Source: the human T2T-CHM13v2.0 reference genome, Homo sapiens. From it: a stretch of 64,000 bases of DNA. A program made the translations under genes and the position numbers. Positions within the stretch are counted from its first letter, which is position 1. Every line of letters begins with the position of its first letter. Shown here piece after piece: positions 1 to 14,347 of the stretch. The stretch is from NCBI RefSeq assembly GCF_009914755.1, contig NC_060925.1; one strand, written 5' to 3'. The notes under the pieces were generated by a model, which was not told the DNA's origin, did not search any database, and saw nothing but the letters and a program-made list of their open reading frames with translations.

Positions 1-822
1 AGATGTCTTCTTTCCTTAAACCCCATGAGCCAACCTCTGCTAGCTTCCATCTTTTCTTCTTCAGCTTCCTCACCTCTTTCAGCTTCATAGATTTGAAGAG
101 AGTTGGGACCTTGTTCTGGGTTAGGCTTTGGCTTAAGGGAATGTAGTGGCTAATTTGCTCTTCTATTAAACCACTCAAACCTCTTTGTATCAGCTTTCTT
201 ATCATTTGTATGTTCACTGGAGTAGCACTTTTAATTTCCTTGAAGAACTTTTTCTTTACATTCACAGCCTGACTGTTTGGCACAAGAGGCCTAGCTTTTG
301 GCCTCTCTAGACTTTTGACGTGCTAAGCTTCATTATTTCTAGCTTTTAATTTAAAGTCAGAGAGGTGCAACTTCCATTCACTTGAACACTTAGAAGCCAT
401 TAATAGAATTATTAATTGCCCTAATTTCAATTGTGTTGTATCTCAGGGAATAGGGAGGCCCAAGGAAAGGAAGAGAGATGATGGAATGGCCGGTGGGTGG
501 AGCAGTCAGAACACACATACATGTTGATTAAGTTCCCTGTCTTATATGGACATGGTTTGCGGTGCCATGAAACAATTACAATAGTAACTTCAAAGACCAC
601 TGATCACAGAGCACCATAACAGACATAAAAATAATGACAACTTTTGAAATATTGGGAGAGTCACCAAAATGTGACACAGAGACATGAAGTGAGCACATGC
701 TGTTAGAAAAATAGCACCAATAGACTTGCTCAACTCAGGGTTGCCACAAACCTTCAGTTTGTAAAAAACACAGTATCTACCAACCACAATAAAGCAAAGC
801 ACCATAAAACAAGACGTGCCTG
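1..822 (-). mobile_element. Tigger1 DNA transposon, 5' part (degenerate transposase start near 400)
   Basis: Reverse strand reads CAGGCACGTCTTGTTTTATGG...TTTTTTACAAACTGAAGGTTTGTGGCAACCCTG and ATGGCTTCTAAGTGTTCAAGTGAA (MASKCSSE), as in the Tigger1 consensus; TIR is followed by TA at 823-824. Confidence 0.9.
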
Positions 823-2311
823 TAAATGGTGCCTTCTGCACTCACTCTGTCTGAGCAAGTGTACGCAAGCTCCAGGGCCAGCAGATCCTGTGGATTCTGC
901 AGTTTCTATGGAGGGCCCTTGGGAGCCCTTGGGCATTGGAAGAACCTATGAGGACAGCTACTAAGTCATTGAAATCCTTCTCCCCCAGAGCCCTCTGTGG
1001 GCACAAATAGGTGTGGCATGTCCAAGCAGCAATAGTCTCCAGTTTGGGCCATTCCACAGGGACCATGTTCAACCAAACCACACCACTGAGACAAAGATGA
1101 GAAATCTCAGCTGAGTCCATCTGGGCCAGGGACCTCCCCTCCATAACACAACATCAACAAAAAAAAGCATGTGCTGCTCCCCTGGGACGAACCCTACCTC
1201 CAAGAAGGAACAGCGTTGCTGTAAAATGCTTGGCCTCAGAACCATGCCCAGTGCTGGAGCGCCCACCACAGTAGACACAGAAGCTGGAACATCAGTCTCT
1301 GTGGACATCCTTTTACCCACGAGGAAGGAGAGGTGCAGGAAGCTGAGAAAGGGCAGCCTCTGGTACACACTGTCTCCTCATTCCCTCCCTTGGTGTTGGC
1401 CCCTCCTCCTGTCTCTAGTCTTTATAGGTTGGGGATCTAAGCCTCTTCCCCTCCACTCATTGTGGGAAGCCCAAAAGAAATCTGCCAGTGATGCAGGGAA
1501 GGAAGCTGTCGGGACTGGTAGAGTCTATGCTGAAGAAGGGCCTCCTGTTCCACGTGATTTAGCAAAGTTCCAGAGAATGGCACAAGAGGCCAGCACCAAA
1601 GTCTTGCCGTGTAATAAAGTCCTCTTGTCCTTGGAACTGCTCCCTGGGTTCATCTCTCCCAGGAAGCCCAAGGAGTTGTCCATTGGACACATGAGGGGGG
1701 ATCCATGCTCAGTCAGTTGCTTTCATTTCCCAACACACATGGGGAATTTCTCTTAACTCATGACTTTGCAAAGTAACACTGTGATAAGGTGAACAGAATT
1801 GAGTTCACATTATAGCATAAAATTTCAGCAAGTTATTGAACAACTAGGCTAAACATAGAGAACTATAGTTGCACTTCAATTTCAGCCCCTGCACATACAA
1901 AACTGCATTGCAAGCCTATTTCTGTTATCCCCCTTGGCCTTCGGCCACTGACCCAGCCCTGGTTTGTCCAGGCATGTCACTTTTTCATCTGGCTCTGTCC
2001 TCTATCTAGTCAGGATCATCTTCTATGTCTAGGGTCAGGCTGGCTGAAGAAACTGTTAAGTTCTCCATTGTTTTAGCTCAGAATTCAGCTGTGGAAGTAC
2101 AGAACTTTCCTTCATAACCACACTACATCGTCAAAGCAGGAGCACAGTGTGACTGCTGGTGGTCCTGCACCTGCACAAATGACGACAGTCCTGGAAGCTA
2201 AATGCTCTGTGCTCCTCTGAGTGTGCATTTCTGTGAATCCCCAATGACACAGCCACTGCTGGAGAAAAGGCTGTGGCTGACACACAGCATGGTAGAAAGA
2301 GATTTACAGAC

Positions 2312-2410
2312 CTTGTTGGCGCCGAGAAGGGGGAAGTACATCCTACTGCCGATGGCTCCCTGGAGGACCCGCCTGCGCCAATCAGAAGTCTCCTATCCGC
2401 GATGGTTTCC
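2312..2410 (-). promoter_or_regulatory. Candidate alternative promoter/first exon (CCAAT box + GC box, then ATG-MYFPLLGANK|GT)
   Basis: About 7 CpGs in 90 bp; CTGATTGG and GGCGGG on the minus strand; AGGATGT at 2341; AAG|GTCTGT donor at 2312/2311. Confidence 0.3.
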
Positions 2411-2652
2411 TGTCTCTTCCTCAATGTCAGTCTCTTCCTCTCCACCCTCCACCCCCAGCTCTAAAAACCAGAGCCAAATAGCAACTGCCCTGGAAAAAGT
2501 GCTGTCTTCCCAAGGTTGTAGGTTTACCATTGCATGCTCAGTTTAAAGTGCCTGAGAAGTACAGGAGGAAAAGTCTGTTAACCAGACTACATGAAGAAAA
2601 ATACTGAGGAACCATAGGTACCCATTAACTGGTTTAACAAGAAAAGATTTCT

Positions 2653-2786
2653 AGCTGGGCACGATGGCTCATGCCTGTAATCCTAACACTTTGGAAGGCC
2701 GAGGTGGGAGGACTGCTTGAGGCCAGGAGTTTGAGACCAGTCTGGGCAACATAGCAAGAATCCATCTCTATAAAAATAAAAGAAAA
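2653..2786 (+). mobile_element. Alu monomer (FLAM-like)
   Basis: Left-arm Alu sequence ending in an A-rich tail. Confidence 0.85.
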
Positions 2787-3386
2787 GTTGGAGGGAGGGA
2801 GGCCAATGGGCAGGATTGGGCAGTGGGTCTCCAGCCGAGCTCCTGGGTCAGCTGCCTGCTAGAGGTGCTGGCGGTAAGGGAGGAGGACTGAGGCCAAGGG
2901 TGGGTCTCTGGATCCTACCCTCACTCTGCCAGAGCAACCCCACATACATTGTTTTCTGTGTTAGGATACAATATCAGATCTCTTTTAACCAAGAAGTTTC
3001 ACTCCTAAAAACAGGGCAGAACGGGCACTGGTGTTAGAGGTGATCTTGAATCAGCTGAGACCTGGAAGTCATCTTCCTTTCTTCATTTGCTAAATGCCTA
3101 ATATGAGCTGTTTTTCTTATCAGTTTCCCTTCTCTGCAAAAACAGTCTTGCATAGAAAAGATTTGAACCAACTGGGGGCAAGTGCTCAGTAGCGATTCCA
3201 GCATCTATAGCCCTGACTATGCCAAGTAATGGTCTGACTGCTTCCCCTGGGGCCTCCCACTACCCCAGCAGCCACCTTCCTACTGTTGGTTTTATTGATA
3301 AACTGGGATAGACAGCCAGGAGGAAATAATTTCTGCTTCTGCGAGAAGCCCTAATAGGCCTTTACCCACCCTCAATAATCACTCAC

Positions 3387-3415
3387 TTGCAACACTCGCC
3401 GGCATCTTATTACAA
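3387..3415 (-). other. Candidate 29-nt exon
   Basis: ttcttgttttccttggaattccag|TTGTAATAAGATGCCGGCGAGTGTTGCAA|gtgagt on the minus strand; CpGs retained. Confidence 0.35.
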
Positions 3416-5096
3416 CTGGAATTCCAAGGAAAACAAGAAATGCTCACTGAACTCATGGATAAAGATTTTCCTGATGAACTGAGGACTTCTCTGCTACCCC
3501 TGTTTATTTCTCTCCTTCTCCTCCTTCCGGCCTCCCACCAGCTCCTACTGACTTCATCCCATGCGGCACATGGACCTGCTACCAGGTCCCAGGTCTTTCT
3601 AAAATTCAGGAAGAGCTCTGGCTGAACCCTTCTGAGTTCATGGGGACAGTGACACCTGCTGCTTTTCTGCTGCAGGACAATGGTTTGTTCCCTCATTCTA
3701 TCAGGGAACATATTTTGGGTTCCTACCAGATGCCAGGTTCTGTTTTAAACACCACGGACACAGAGATAAACACACACAGGTTTCCTGCACTAAAGCCAGT
3801 TATCATGTGGTAAGGGAGACAGACAACCATAACACAGAGTGACAGATGCAGAAGGCAGGCAGGGTGAGGGGTTGGGGCAGGACCCAGAGATGGGGCATGC
3901 CACCTAGATAAAGAGACAGGCATAACCTTCCCAACAAGCCACTCTGCAGCTGTATCCTGGACACCCAGTGGCTCTGGCAAGGGATCACAGATGGTTTAAG
4001 ACATTTCACTAACTTAGATTGGGGGTTAGTGGCCTGCAGACCTGTACACTTGGCCCAGGTAACTCAGGTAATGCAGGAGTCACTCTGCCCCAAACCACCC
4101 CCTCCAACCATCTACCTGGGGTCTGGGTAGATGCTGTTCTGAAAATCTGGGAGCAAACCAGTTCCAACAACTGGTTTTGCTTTGGAATAAAGAATATTCC
4201 TTTTTTTTTTTTGGAATGCTCTTGTATTCCAAAATTCGTATGGCTACCAGAAAGTCATGTGCCTCCTCCCATGCCCTGGAATCTATTTGCCCAGGCTAGC
4301 AGTGAGACCACTTCTTCTTTTACGGCCTGAGCTCCAGAAGCAGAGTGGCCTGATGGCATTCTGGTTGTCTCCCATCCAACCATCCCTGAGTTTCATGGGA
4401 AGCTGCTTTCAGCGGTGAGGCATCGGTGGGCCACAGTAAGCCAGGGAAGAGTCTTTTAGAGTAATTTACTTAAACTCTTGCTTCCAGGCCTCAGGGGTTT
4501 CATCCTTCACTCAGGAAAAATATACTAAGTATCTCCAAGAGACAATCAAGGGGAAAATCATGGCACAGCACTTTAGGAAAATGTATCAACAAGTGAAAAT
4601 ATCAGCAGATTTACTAGAGGAGGGTGAGGGCAGCCCTCTAGTTGGGAAGTCAGATCTTTGACAAAAGAGTTTAAAACTCCCTGATAAGCATTTTGTTGAC
4701 AAGGTCAGTCTTCATTCTTTCTGCCAAAATTAGAAACCACCCTTTTTTCCTTGTCATAACAACACTGGTGCTTATCACCAATTGTGTGAAGGGAGAAGAG
4801 TGATGTCCTTTAGGTCTGAAGATTGACAATATAGAGGAGGGAGCTCTTAACTTCCAAAACCACCCAGTCCAGGAACTATTTTCCCTTTTCCCTCTTACCA
4901 GACACCCAGATGGAAATCTGCTCTTCAGAGAAGGAAGGAAATGATACAAGGAAAAAGACATCTGCAAATGAGTAAGCTTTGCCCAGGAGGCCACGTTAAG
5001 TGAGGTGGATGGAAACGTAAATCATCCGAGAGAGAGAGGGAGAAAGAGACTCTAACCCTGCCTGCCTGGCTCTGCTTTGCAAAGATGCTCACTCAC

Positions 5097-5219
5097 CACC
5101 ACCTCACGTGCTCAGTGATGACCGCAATAATGTAGTTGTATTTTCTTCCCCATTCTAGCGTGGGGTAACTTGCAATACTGAGCAGTTTATGGGCCTTCCC
5201 CTACGCACTCTGCAAGTTC
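5097..5219 (-). other. Candidate 123-nt exon (stop codons in all frames)
   Basis: ctccttgtttttccag|GAACTTGC...GAGGTGGTG|gtgagt. Confidence 0.3.
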
Positions 5220-5859
5220 CTGGAAAAACAAGGAGTTGGCATGCCACATTTCCAGCCCCTCGGCCCAACTGCTTCAGGACCCCTGCCTGCCAGCCTCCAT
5301 ACGTCAGGGCCACAGTTTCAGATGCTCATTCAATGACCTCACACTTGCTCTAGGACAGGGGCAGCAGGCACATGGCTGATCCAAGTTTAGAGCAGAAATA
5401 CGCAAGACAATTGCAGTTATAAAAGGTACACGTCAGTGGTGGGAAGGTCACTGCTAAAGTGAAGCAGGAAAGACATGATTTCTTGGGATGAGGGTAAGAG
5501 CACTTCAGAGAAGCTTGATTACTCAGAAGGCTGCAGTTCTGCCCAAGGAGGGGATGCACACAGACAGGCCTGTGATCAAAGCAATGTTCCAGGGTAGAAG
5601 GGCAATACTCAACCTAACTCAATGTGAAAACGCCAGTCCTTTTTGTCTCGTTTTTCCTGCCTTAGATTTAACCCATTCTGGGATGGGCAGGGAGAAAGAA
5701 AGACCTTCCCCAAGAAGTGCTGACCAGGCAGTTGTGTTTGTGGGGAGAGCCTTCCTGACAGCAAAGAAGGAAGAACTAACTTCCTTTGCCATGAACAACT
5801 CAGAATCCTGGGGGGTTTTTGCTGCTGTTTTCTGGCTGTTTTTTGGCCTTGCTCTGTTG

Positions 5860-6086
5860 TTCACTGCAACCTCGACTCCTGGGCTCAAGGAATTCTCCTG
5901 CCTCGGCCTCCCAAGCAGCTGGGACTACAGGTGTGCACATCACATCCAGCTAACTTTGAAGTATTTTGTAGCGATGGGGATCTCACTATGTTGCCCAGAC
6001 AGTCTCAAACTCCTGGCCTCAATCAGTCCTTCTGCCTCAATCTCCCAAAGTGCTGAGATTACAAGTATGTGCCACCACACCAGGCT
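5860..6086 (-). mobile_element. AluJ, partial
   Basis: Antisense Alu sequence with J-type diagnostics. Confidence 0.85.
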
Positions 6087-6668
6087 TTAGAATCCTGTTC
6101 TAAAAGTTCTTTCTTATTTGACCACCATAGCTTCTTATGAAAAAAAAAAAAAAAAAGCCAGGAAGACAGCTTTCATATGAAGGAGAAGTGGTGGACCCAG
6201 GCGCAAAGTGGCTGAAGGCGAGGAAGAAACCAAGAAGTGGAGAGAAGCTCCAACTCTAGGGTACTCAGTGACCATGAGGGAGAGAGTGGTCCAGGGTGGA
6301 TACTAACGCAGCCCTGCAGTGAGGAAAGGGACCCCTGGAGGGTGCAGTTTAAGGGCTTAGGAGCTCCTTGCCCTCAGGCTGTGCCCCCAGAGCTCTCATC
6401 CCTCGCCAGCCTGCACCGTGCACTCCACACACCCCACACATGCACACACACACACCATGATACAAAGGAGTCTCCTGACACCATGCAGGGCAGTAGGCAG
6501 TGGCTCACCCCAAGCTACAGGTTGAATTGAGCAACCTGGGCTGGAACAGTGGAGGTCAACACATACCAGGAATACTCATTAATTGGAAAACAAAGGGATT
6601 TTGTGACAATCTGAGGTAAAGTGAGTTTGGGGAAAATTACATCATAACCTCTACTTAAGGCTGAACGA

Positions 6669-7562
6669 TGTCATGATAGCCAGCCTCCAGGTGGCCCCCA
6701 AAGATCTTGCCTCTGTGTCTTCACACCCTTGTAGGGTCCCCTTCTCACATCAATTCAGGGCTGGTAAGTGTGACTGACAGATTATGTGATACTGTTTGAA
6801 TACTTATCCCCTCCAAATCTCGTGTTGAAATTTGACTCCCCAGTGTTGGAGGTGGGCCCTGGTGGGAGGTGTTTGGGTCACCGGGATGGATCCCTCATGG
6901 CTCGGTGCCATTTTCACAGAGTGAGTGAACTCTCACTCTTGTTCCCATGGAAACTGGTTCCTCCTCCTCTCTCTTGCTTCCTCTCTGGCCATATGATGCC
7001 TGTTCCCCTTCACCTTCTCCATGAATGGAAACATCTGAGGCCCTCACCAGAAGCAGATGCTGGCACCATCCTGTGGAGCCTGCAGAACCACAAGCCAAAT
7101 AAACCTCTTCTTGTTATAAATTTCCCAGCCTCAGGTATTCCTTTATAGCAACACAAATGGACTAAGACCGTATGGCAGGGGCGATGATGTCTGACTTCCA
7201 AGTCTCCCTCCTGTGGGGCATTGCAGCTTCTGCCTTGTTCTCTGGGAGAGGCTGGCCTGCATACCATGAGGATCCTCAAGCAGCCCTGTCAAGAGAGGCC
7301 CACAGAAAAGAGCTTAGGGCTCCCACCAAAAAGCCTGGCATTTTGAAAGTGGATCCTCCAGCCCTAGACCAGCCTTCAGATAATACAGTGCCAGCCAACA
7401 TCTCAACTGCAACCTCAGGAAAGACCATGAGCCTGAACAACCCAACCAAGCTGCTCACACACTCCTGACCCACAGAAACTGTGAGTGGTATCAATATTTA
7501 TTGTTGTTTTTAGCCACAAAGTTTTGGGATAATTTGTTACATAACAATAGATACCTAATACA
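6669..7562 (+). mobile_element. MaLR LTR (MLT1F-like), interrupted by an MST LTR
   Basis: GTGGATCCTCCAGCCC...CTGACCCACAGAAACTGTGAG...AATTTGTTACATAACAATAGATACCTAATACA terminus. Confidence 0.75.
6787..7169 (+). mobile_element. MSTB-like MaLR solo LTR nested in MLT1
   Basis: TGATACTGTTTG...CCTCACCAGAAGCAGATGCTGGCACC...AATAAACC...TTTATAGCAACACAAATGGACTAAGAC; flanks ttatg/gtatg resemble a 5-bp TSD. Confidence 0.85.
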
Positions 7563-7844
7563 AATATATATTATTTAGCATATTAGAATCTTAGAGGGAG
7601 TCCTGCAGTAAAAAAAAAAAAAAAAATTAAGTATTTAACTTTTTTTGACTCATTGTTTCACAAGTGCTCTGGTTATATTACATTTTTTTTTTTTTGAAGA
7701 ATGCCTCAATAACATCTCAGGGTGCTACTGTTGCACACAACATAGTTTGGAAAGATCTGGGCTGGCTATGCTAGTATTTATACAAGAGTTTGATGCCAGA
7801 TAAATTACATCTAATAAAACCCACTTGAATAAAAACTTAATTCC

Positions 7845-7845
<1 letters not shown>

Positions 7846-7876
<31 letters not shown>

Positions 7877-8148
7877 GAGATCACCCAGGCTGGAGTGCAA
7901 TGGCATGATCTCTCTCGGCTCACTGCAACCTCCACCTCCCAGGTTCAAGCAATTCTCCCTGCCTCAGCTTCCCCAGTAGCTGGGATTATAGGCGCCCACC
8001 ATTACGCCCAGCCAATTTTTGTATTTTTAGTAAGATGGAGTTTCACCACCTTGGCCAGTCTGGTCTCGAACTCCTGACCTCAGGTGGTCTGCCCACCTCG
8101 GCCTCCCCAAAGTGCTGGGATTACAGATATGAGCCACCACACCCGACC
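7846..8148 (-). mobile_element. AluS
   Basis: Poly-T then antisense dimer; taattcc TSD. Confidence 0.9.
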
Positions 8149-8530
8149 TAATTCCAATTTTAGAAACATAACCACATTGCAAACATTTAGGTAGTTAAAT
8201 GAATCTAAAGGAAATTTTTTGTTAAGTTAGCATTTTGAACATGGAAATATAACTCCCATCCCATCAGCTTTAACTGTCTTGGTTTTTGTAAATTTGAAGC
8301 TTATTTTTTATGACTGTATTTAAAGCATTTATAAAATGCAATACATAAATATATATATATATATCTCCTGGTCATTAAGAACTTTAACCCAAGCTGCTGG
8401 TTAAAATGGGTCAAGGTGACTTGGCACAGGCCCCAGGCATCAAAGAGGGCAGGAGAGAAACCCTGAGCCACAGTCCTGCATGCCACAGTGGAACCACCCC
8501 AGCACACTCATCCAGAGAAAACCCATCTCC

Positions 8531-8830
8531 TTTCTTTTTCTTTCTTTTTTTTTTTTTTTTTTTTTTTGAGTTGAGTCTCACTCTGTCATCTAGGCTGGAG
8601 TGCAACAGTGCAGTCATGGCTCACTGATTCCAGCGATCCTCCTGCCTAAGCCTGCTAAATAGCTGGGACTATAGGCATGTGCCACCATGCCCAGCTACGT
8701 TTTTTAATTTTCTTAGAGATGAGGTCTTGCTATGTCCCCAGGCTGGCCTCCAACTCCTGGGCTCAAGTGATCTTCCTGCCTCTGCCTCGCAAATCACTGG
8801 GATGACAGGCCTGAGCTACTGTACCCAGCT
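8531..8830 (-). mobile_element. AluJ
   Basis: Poly-T then antisense Alu. Confidence 0.85.
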
Positions 8831-9266
8831 CTATCTACCTGTTTTGAAGGATAAGATAACTTAATGCTGAGAAGGGCTTCAAGGAGCTAAAAGTGAGTGT
8901 GGCCTAGAAATCCATACACAAAGTCCCCCTTTAAGGTGGTTTTTTCATGGAAAGACCTGGGCACCAGGAGGAGGGCTTTGAGCTCTTGGGGCCTCCTTCC
9001 AGTCTGCATGGCACAGTGACCTCGGACTGACTCCTGGCACAGCCCTGACCTGCTGTGTGACCTCAGACATGTATTTACCTCTTCTGAGCTGCACTTTTTT
9101 TACCTGCAGAATGGGGATAATAATACCTACCCCCCGGGACTCCCAAGCAGATTATGTGAGAGCAGGAAGAACCGGTACTTCCCCAGTGCCCTGCTTTGCC
9201 CCCAGGTGTCTGCCTCCTCAGGAACCAGGTAGACGAGGCATGAATTCCACGGCATTAAGGATTGTA

Positions 9267-9571
<305 letters not shown>

Positions 9572-9746
9572 GATTATAGACATCAAGGGAAATCCCATTT
9601 ACCACAGGGACCAATTAGGGGAGATTTTCTTCACTACAAAAGGAGTTTTTGTTTTGCAAAAGGATTCACTTAAAATAGCTTATTGCCTCAACTAGGAAGC
9701 CTTCTTCTTTTACAGTTTACAGACAATTAACTGCTTAGGAAATTAA

Positions 9747-9770
9747 TATATGTGCTGCCGAAGCAAGCAC
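9747..9770 (-). pseudogene. 3'-truncated U6 snRNA retrocopy
   Basis: Reverse complement GTGCTTGCTTCGGCAGCACATATA matches U6 nt 1-24 with one mismatch; perfect 18-bp TSD AACTGCTTAGGAAATTAA at 9729-9746 and 9771-9788. Confidence 0.92.
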
Positions 9771-10572
9771 AACTGCTTAGGAAATTAAAAGAGGCAGCAC
9801 TCAGGGGCACTCCGAGATCAGTCAGAAATGCAGCGGTTCTGATAGGATAATGTCAACCAAATGTAAATATTTATAAAAACCAATTGTACACCATTTCTGA
9901 GGAATATTCTTAATGCAGGCAGGCTCTCCAACACCAGCGTGCTCCCCTGGTGCTCCAGCATCAAAGACAGCCTCATATCCACTGCTGGCAGGCAGAGGCA
10001 GGCTGCTGCTCCCCTACGCTCACCAAAACTGGGCCAGTGCCTGGCTAAGTGATTTCAATTTAGTAGTGAAAAATGAGTTATAATTACATTGTCAAGAAGT
10101 CAGTTCACGTACTCTCCCCAGCTTGAGTCTCGAATTCTCCTCATTAAACAGAACACATGCTTGTTTCATGAAAAAAACACCTCTTTTCCTGTTCCAATTT
10201 GTTGCCTCTGAAGATTCCACAGGATGTGCAAAGCAGGAGGCTGTCTGGCCCCTGGGGACCACAGTTGTGTAGCCCCCGTCACCCAGCAAGCTGATATGAT
10301 GCCAGGTGCCTGCAGGTAAGTGGCTGGGTACCCAGGACACAGCGCCTCCTCCATTGGCCACCGGTCTGCTCGGTGCAAATCCAGCTCTGGGTGTCTGCTC
10401 TCCAGGTGGGTGGCCCCAGTCCTAAATCTTATAGGAGCCACAGGGCTTTGAGGAGCCTAAATTCAGAGGACCTGAACTCACTGTGGATGAAGAAAATTCC
10501 CCATGTTCCCCTTACCACTGGCCACAAGAATTTGTAAGTGCTATAGGTGTATGAAAAGAACAAAAAGAAACC

Positions 10573-10977
<405 letters not shown>

Positions 10978-12009
10978 CTAGAAAAGTTGAAAAAGCCTCA
11001 GAAGAAGGCAGGTCTGGAGCTGGACCTTAAGGAACAGAGGATAACAATGACCCTGACTTGGGTCTTCCCGTTGGCCAGCACCTGTGCTTGTGCTTTGCAG
11101 GGGACTCTTTATATGCCACTCCTCTGCCAACACTATGCAATTGCTATTACCATTTTCCTTTTACATAAGGAAACTCTGACTCCAAAGGTCATGTACAGCC
11201 AGCCAAGTGATACTAACATAATTTTAACACAGATCTCTTTAACCTCAAAGCCTATAGTCCTAACAACATTTAGATGGGTGGGAGGAGGAAGAGCAGTGCT
11301 TTTAAAAAAGATGAATGGAAAGGCAGGGGTTTGAATGAGCCTAGGAACTGTGTTGGAGAGAGGGAAGGGCATCCTTGTTAGCCAGCAGGGGTCAACTTGC
11401 AGAGAAAGGGAGATGAGGCCAAATGTGTTGGGAATGACAAGATCGTGGATGGTCCTGCAGCCCTACCAGGGGAGTCTAGACTTGGAAAATGTGGTTGGGA
11501 ACTAAAGATAGGACCTAGGGCAGAGACTGGACTGGGGCCAGAGAGAATAGGGCCAGGAGCCAACCAAGAAGTCGTTGCAGAGGTCTGAACTCCAGATTGT
11601 TAACAGATAGAAAGGAAAAAGCAGAGACGCAAGGGCAAGAGAGGAGCAGAGGGAAAACCAAAGCGTCAAGATCGAACTTCTGTGGACCCATTGAGCACCC
11701 AGGGTCCAGGGCCGGGGCCACCCAAGGGCCAGATCTGCCTTGAGGTGCCTGTCTCCGACCAGAGGGAAACTCCCATCAGAGCAGGTGTGTTTTGTTTACC
11801 AACATCCCCAAGAAGCATTCCGTTCCTCTCACACCCTTACTGCATTCCCTCTGTGTCTCTAGATCGCAGGAGGAAGAAAAAGGGACAGAGGGAAGGAAGT
11901 CCCCTTAGCTGCTGTAAGAGATTGGTACATTTTGTCATTTCTCTGAGCCTGTTTTCACATCAGCAAATGCAAACAGTGACCTCCTCCAGTTGTTAGGGGA
12001 ATTAGACAA

Positions 12010-12175
12010 TGAAGGTGTCCAGAAAACAGCACCTCAAAATACACCATGTTGGCATGTTGATGGTTTTAAGTCAAAGACACAAAAAATAACGACAGCAGCG
12101 GCAGGCACAGGAAGGGCACTCTGACCTTCTCTAAAGCAGAATGTGAAACTCTCATGTGGAAGGTGTCTCTGCTTA
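12010..12175 (+). mobile_element. MER34-like LTR 5' fragment
   Basis: TGAAGG...CACCTCAAAATACACCATGTTGGCATGTTGAT...CAGGAAGGGCACTCTGACC. Confidence 0.6.
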
Positions 12176-12373
12176 CTCATAGCTCAAACAATGGGCCATT
12201 TTTCACAGTGCTAAGACCTGAAATGTAACTTGTTCTACGTTAAGTTTGAGGTCTCTAGGCCCTTTATCTTCTGGCAATGTTTTGTGCCACTGTGACCTCA
12301 TAATGTTAATGTTGGGAGAGACTGCGTGGCCCATCAGTGCAGCCCGATGCCTGCCCATTCTCCATTAACTCAC

Positions 12374-12495
12374 CCCATGCTCGTGGAGACTTTATTGCAT
12401 GCTGGATGCTGTGGTCTCCACGGGAAACGCAAACGTGAAAATGACCAGATTCTGCCTGAAGTTGCTCATAGACCAATAAATCTATGTTTACCATT
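12374..12495 (-). other. Candidate 122-nt exon (open frame MVNIDLL...SPRAW)
   Basis: ctttttcccctttttaacccaacag|AATGG...CATGGG|gtgagt. Confidence 0.3.
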
Positions 12496-12832
12496 CTGTT
12501 GGGTTAAAAAGGGGAAAAAGCCCACTCTTGTCTCCAAGCTCCTTCTTCAACTGTGAAACGAAGAGGAATAAGTCCTGCGCATGAATCTGTGGTTTGATCC
12601 AATGAGCCCTAGAAGCTCAAGTCTGCTTTGAGGAGGGCTAGGACATCAGATGAAATGCAAAAAGGAAGTCCTCAGAAAAAAGTAATTGTATGTGTGGATG
12701 GGGTGCATGGGTGTGTGAGTGTGCAAGAGAGAAAGTGCACACACTCAATCCTCCAACACCAACCACAGAACAAAATGAGCACACCTCTCTCTTGTCCCCT
12801 CTGCCTAGTGCAGGGCTCCTCACTCTCTGTGA

Positions 12833-13190
<358 letters not shown>

Positions 13191-14347
13191 CAAGTTTTCA
13201 TTCTTGGACCAGCCACTTCAATTCTTTCAACCCCAGGGTCCTTGTCTAAAAGGTGAGATGTATATAGCGTTTATGGAAATGAGCAGAAACATTTTCACGG
13301 AAAGGAGCCCTCTAGCCTGTGGGGTCAATGGGTCCAGGATGCGAAGCACCTAGCCATGCGTGTGTCAGCCCCACGTACAAGGAATTATGGCAGGCAGTAG
13401 TGTCCATAGTAAAACACTAGGCAAGCAGGAGGCCTGTATGGCATTAGATGATTCTGGGAACATTTAAATGTGCATCTTAATAAAATTAACACAAGATACT
13501 CACCCCTCTAGACTTACAGATCAGTATTTTGAAACTGTGTTAGCTTTGGATATATATAAACTGCCATCTGTAAAAGCAGTTTCCTTCTTCTCTACCCTAA
13601 ACCATATCCTTCAAGCCTCAAGGGTACCCACTGCCTCCACTGTGAAGAATCTGCACACTTATTGCATACTGGGCAATGCTAGCCTCAGCCAGGCATGGCA
13701 CCGCCAGTGACAGCATCCAAGGACAAGGAAGGGACTTCTCACCCACAGATGACTAAAGCAGGTGCTTTATTTCAGAATCAGCCCTGATATGCCTACCCAG
13801 AGGAAGAAAAGAAAATTGAACAACCACTTTCAACAGAGAGCCAAGGACTTGCCCTATGGATGAAATGGCAGTTCATTTACTAATTAAGGAAGAAGCCCAG
13901 AAATCCAATTAGGAAGTAATTGGATTTGAAGGTTTAAAGCTTCATATTGGACGTGGGCAGAGGAAATCCATCAAATGTTATAAATCAAGAAAAATACAGC
14001 CTGCAGCTGAAAAGAGAAAGATGCTTTAAAATAATATGGTAACAAACAGCAGAAATACCAAAGACAATTCACTTTGCTTTGCACTTAGTGGACTTTTTAC
14101 TAGCCTGCTGCATTTAACCTGTTGGCTGGCTTAGCACTTAGGCAAAGTCAATGATCAAAACATCTGTTCACACATGAATCCAGCTCGCAAACCAAGAAAT
14201 TAAGTAAATCTGCAGGGTAGGAGGGATGGAGAAAGACACGAAGAGAGAGGAAGAGGGAGGGAAAGAGAAGGGAGAAGTGGGAGGGAGAGGGGAGAGGCAA
14301 GGGCGGGTAATGGTAGCAAGGAATTCAGAGGATTGGGGTTTCATATA

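Noticed and set aside
1169-1756. 195-aa ORF
   Set aside because: No recognisable family or exon structure; compatible with chance
5488-6090. 200-aa ORF and other Alu-overlapping ORFs
   Set aside because: The C-terminus is antisense-Alu translation ([13 protein letters not shown]); no recognisable domain
10214-10321. Plus-strand exon ending in CAG|GTAAGT
   Set aside because: Perfect donor, but no partner exons or coding signal; isolated sites are expected by chance
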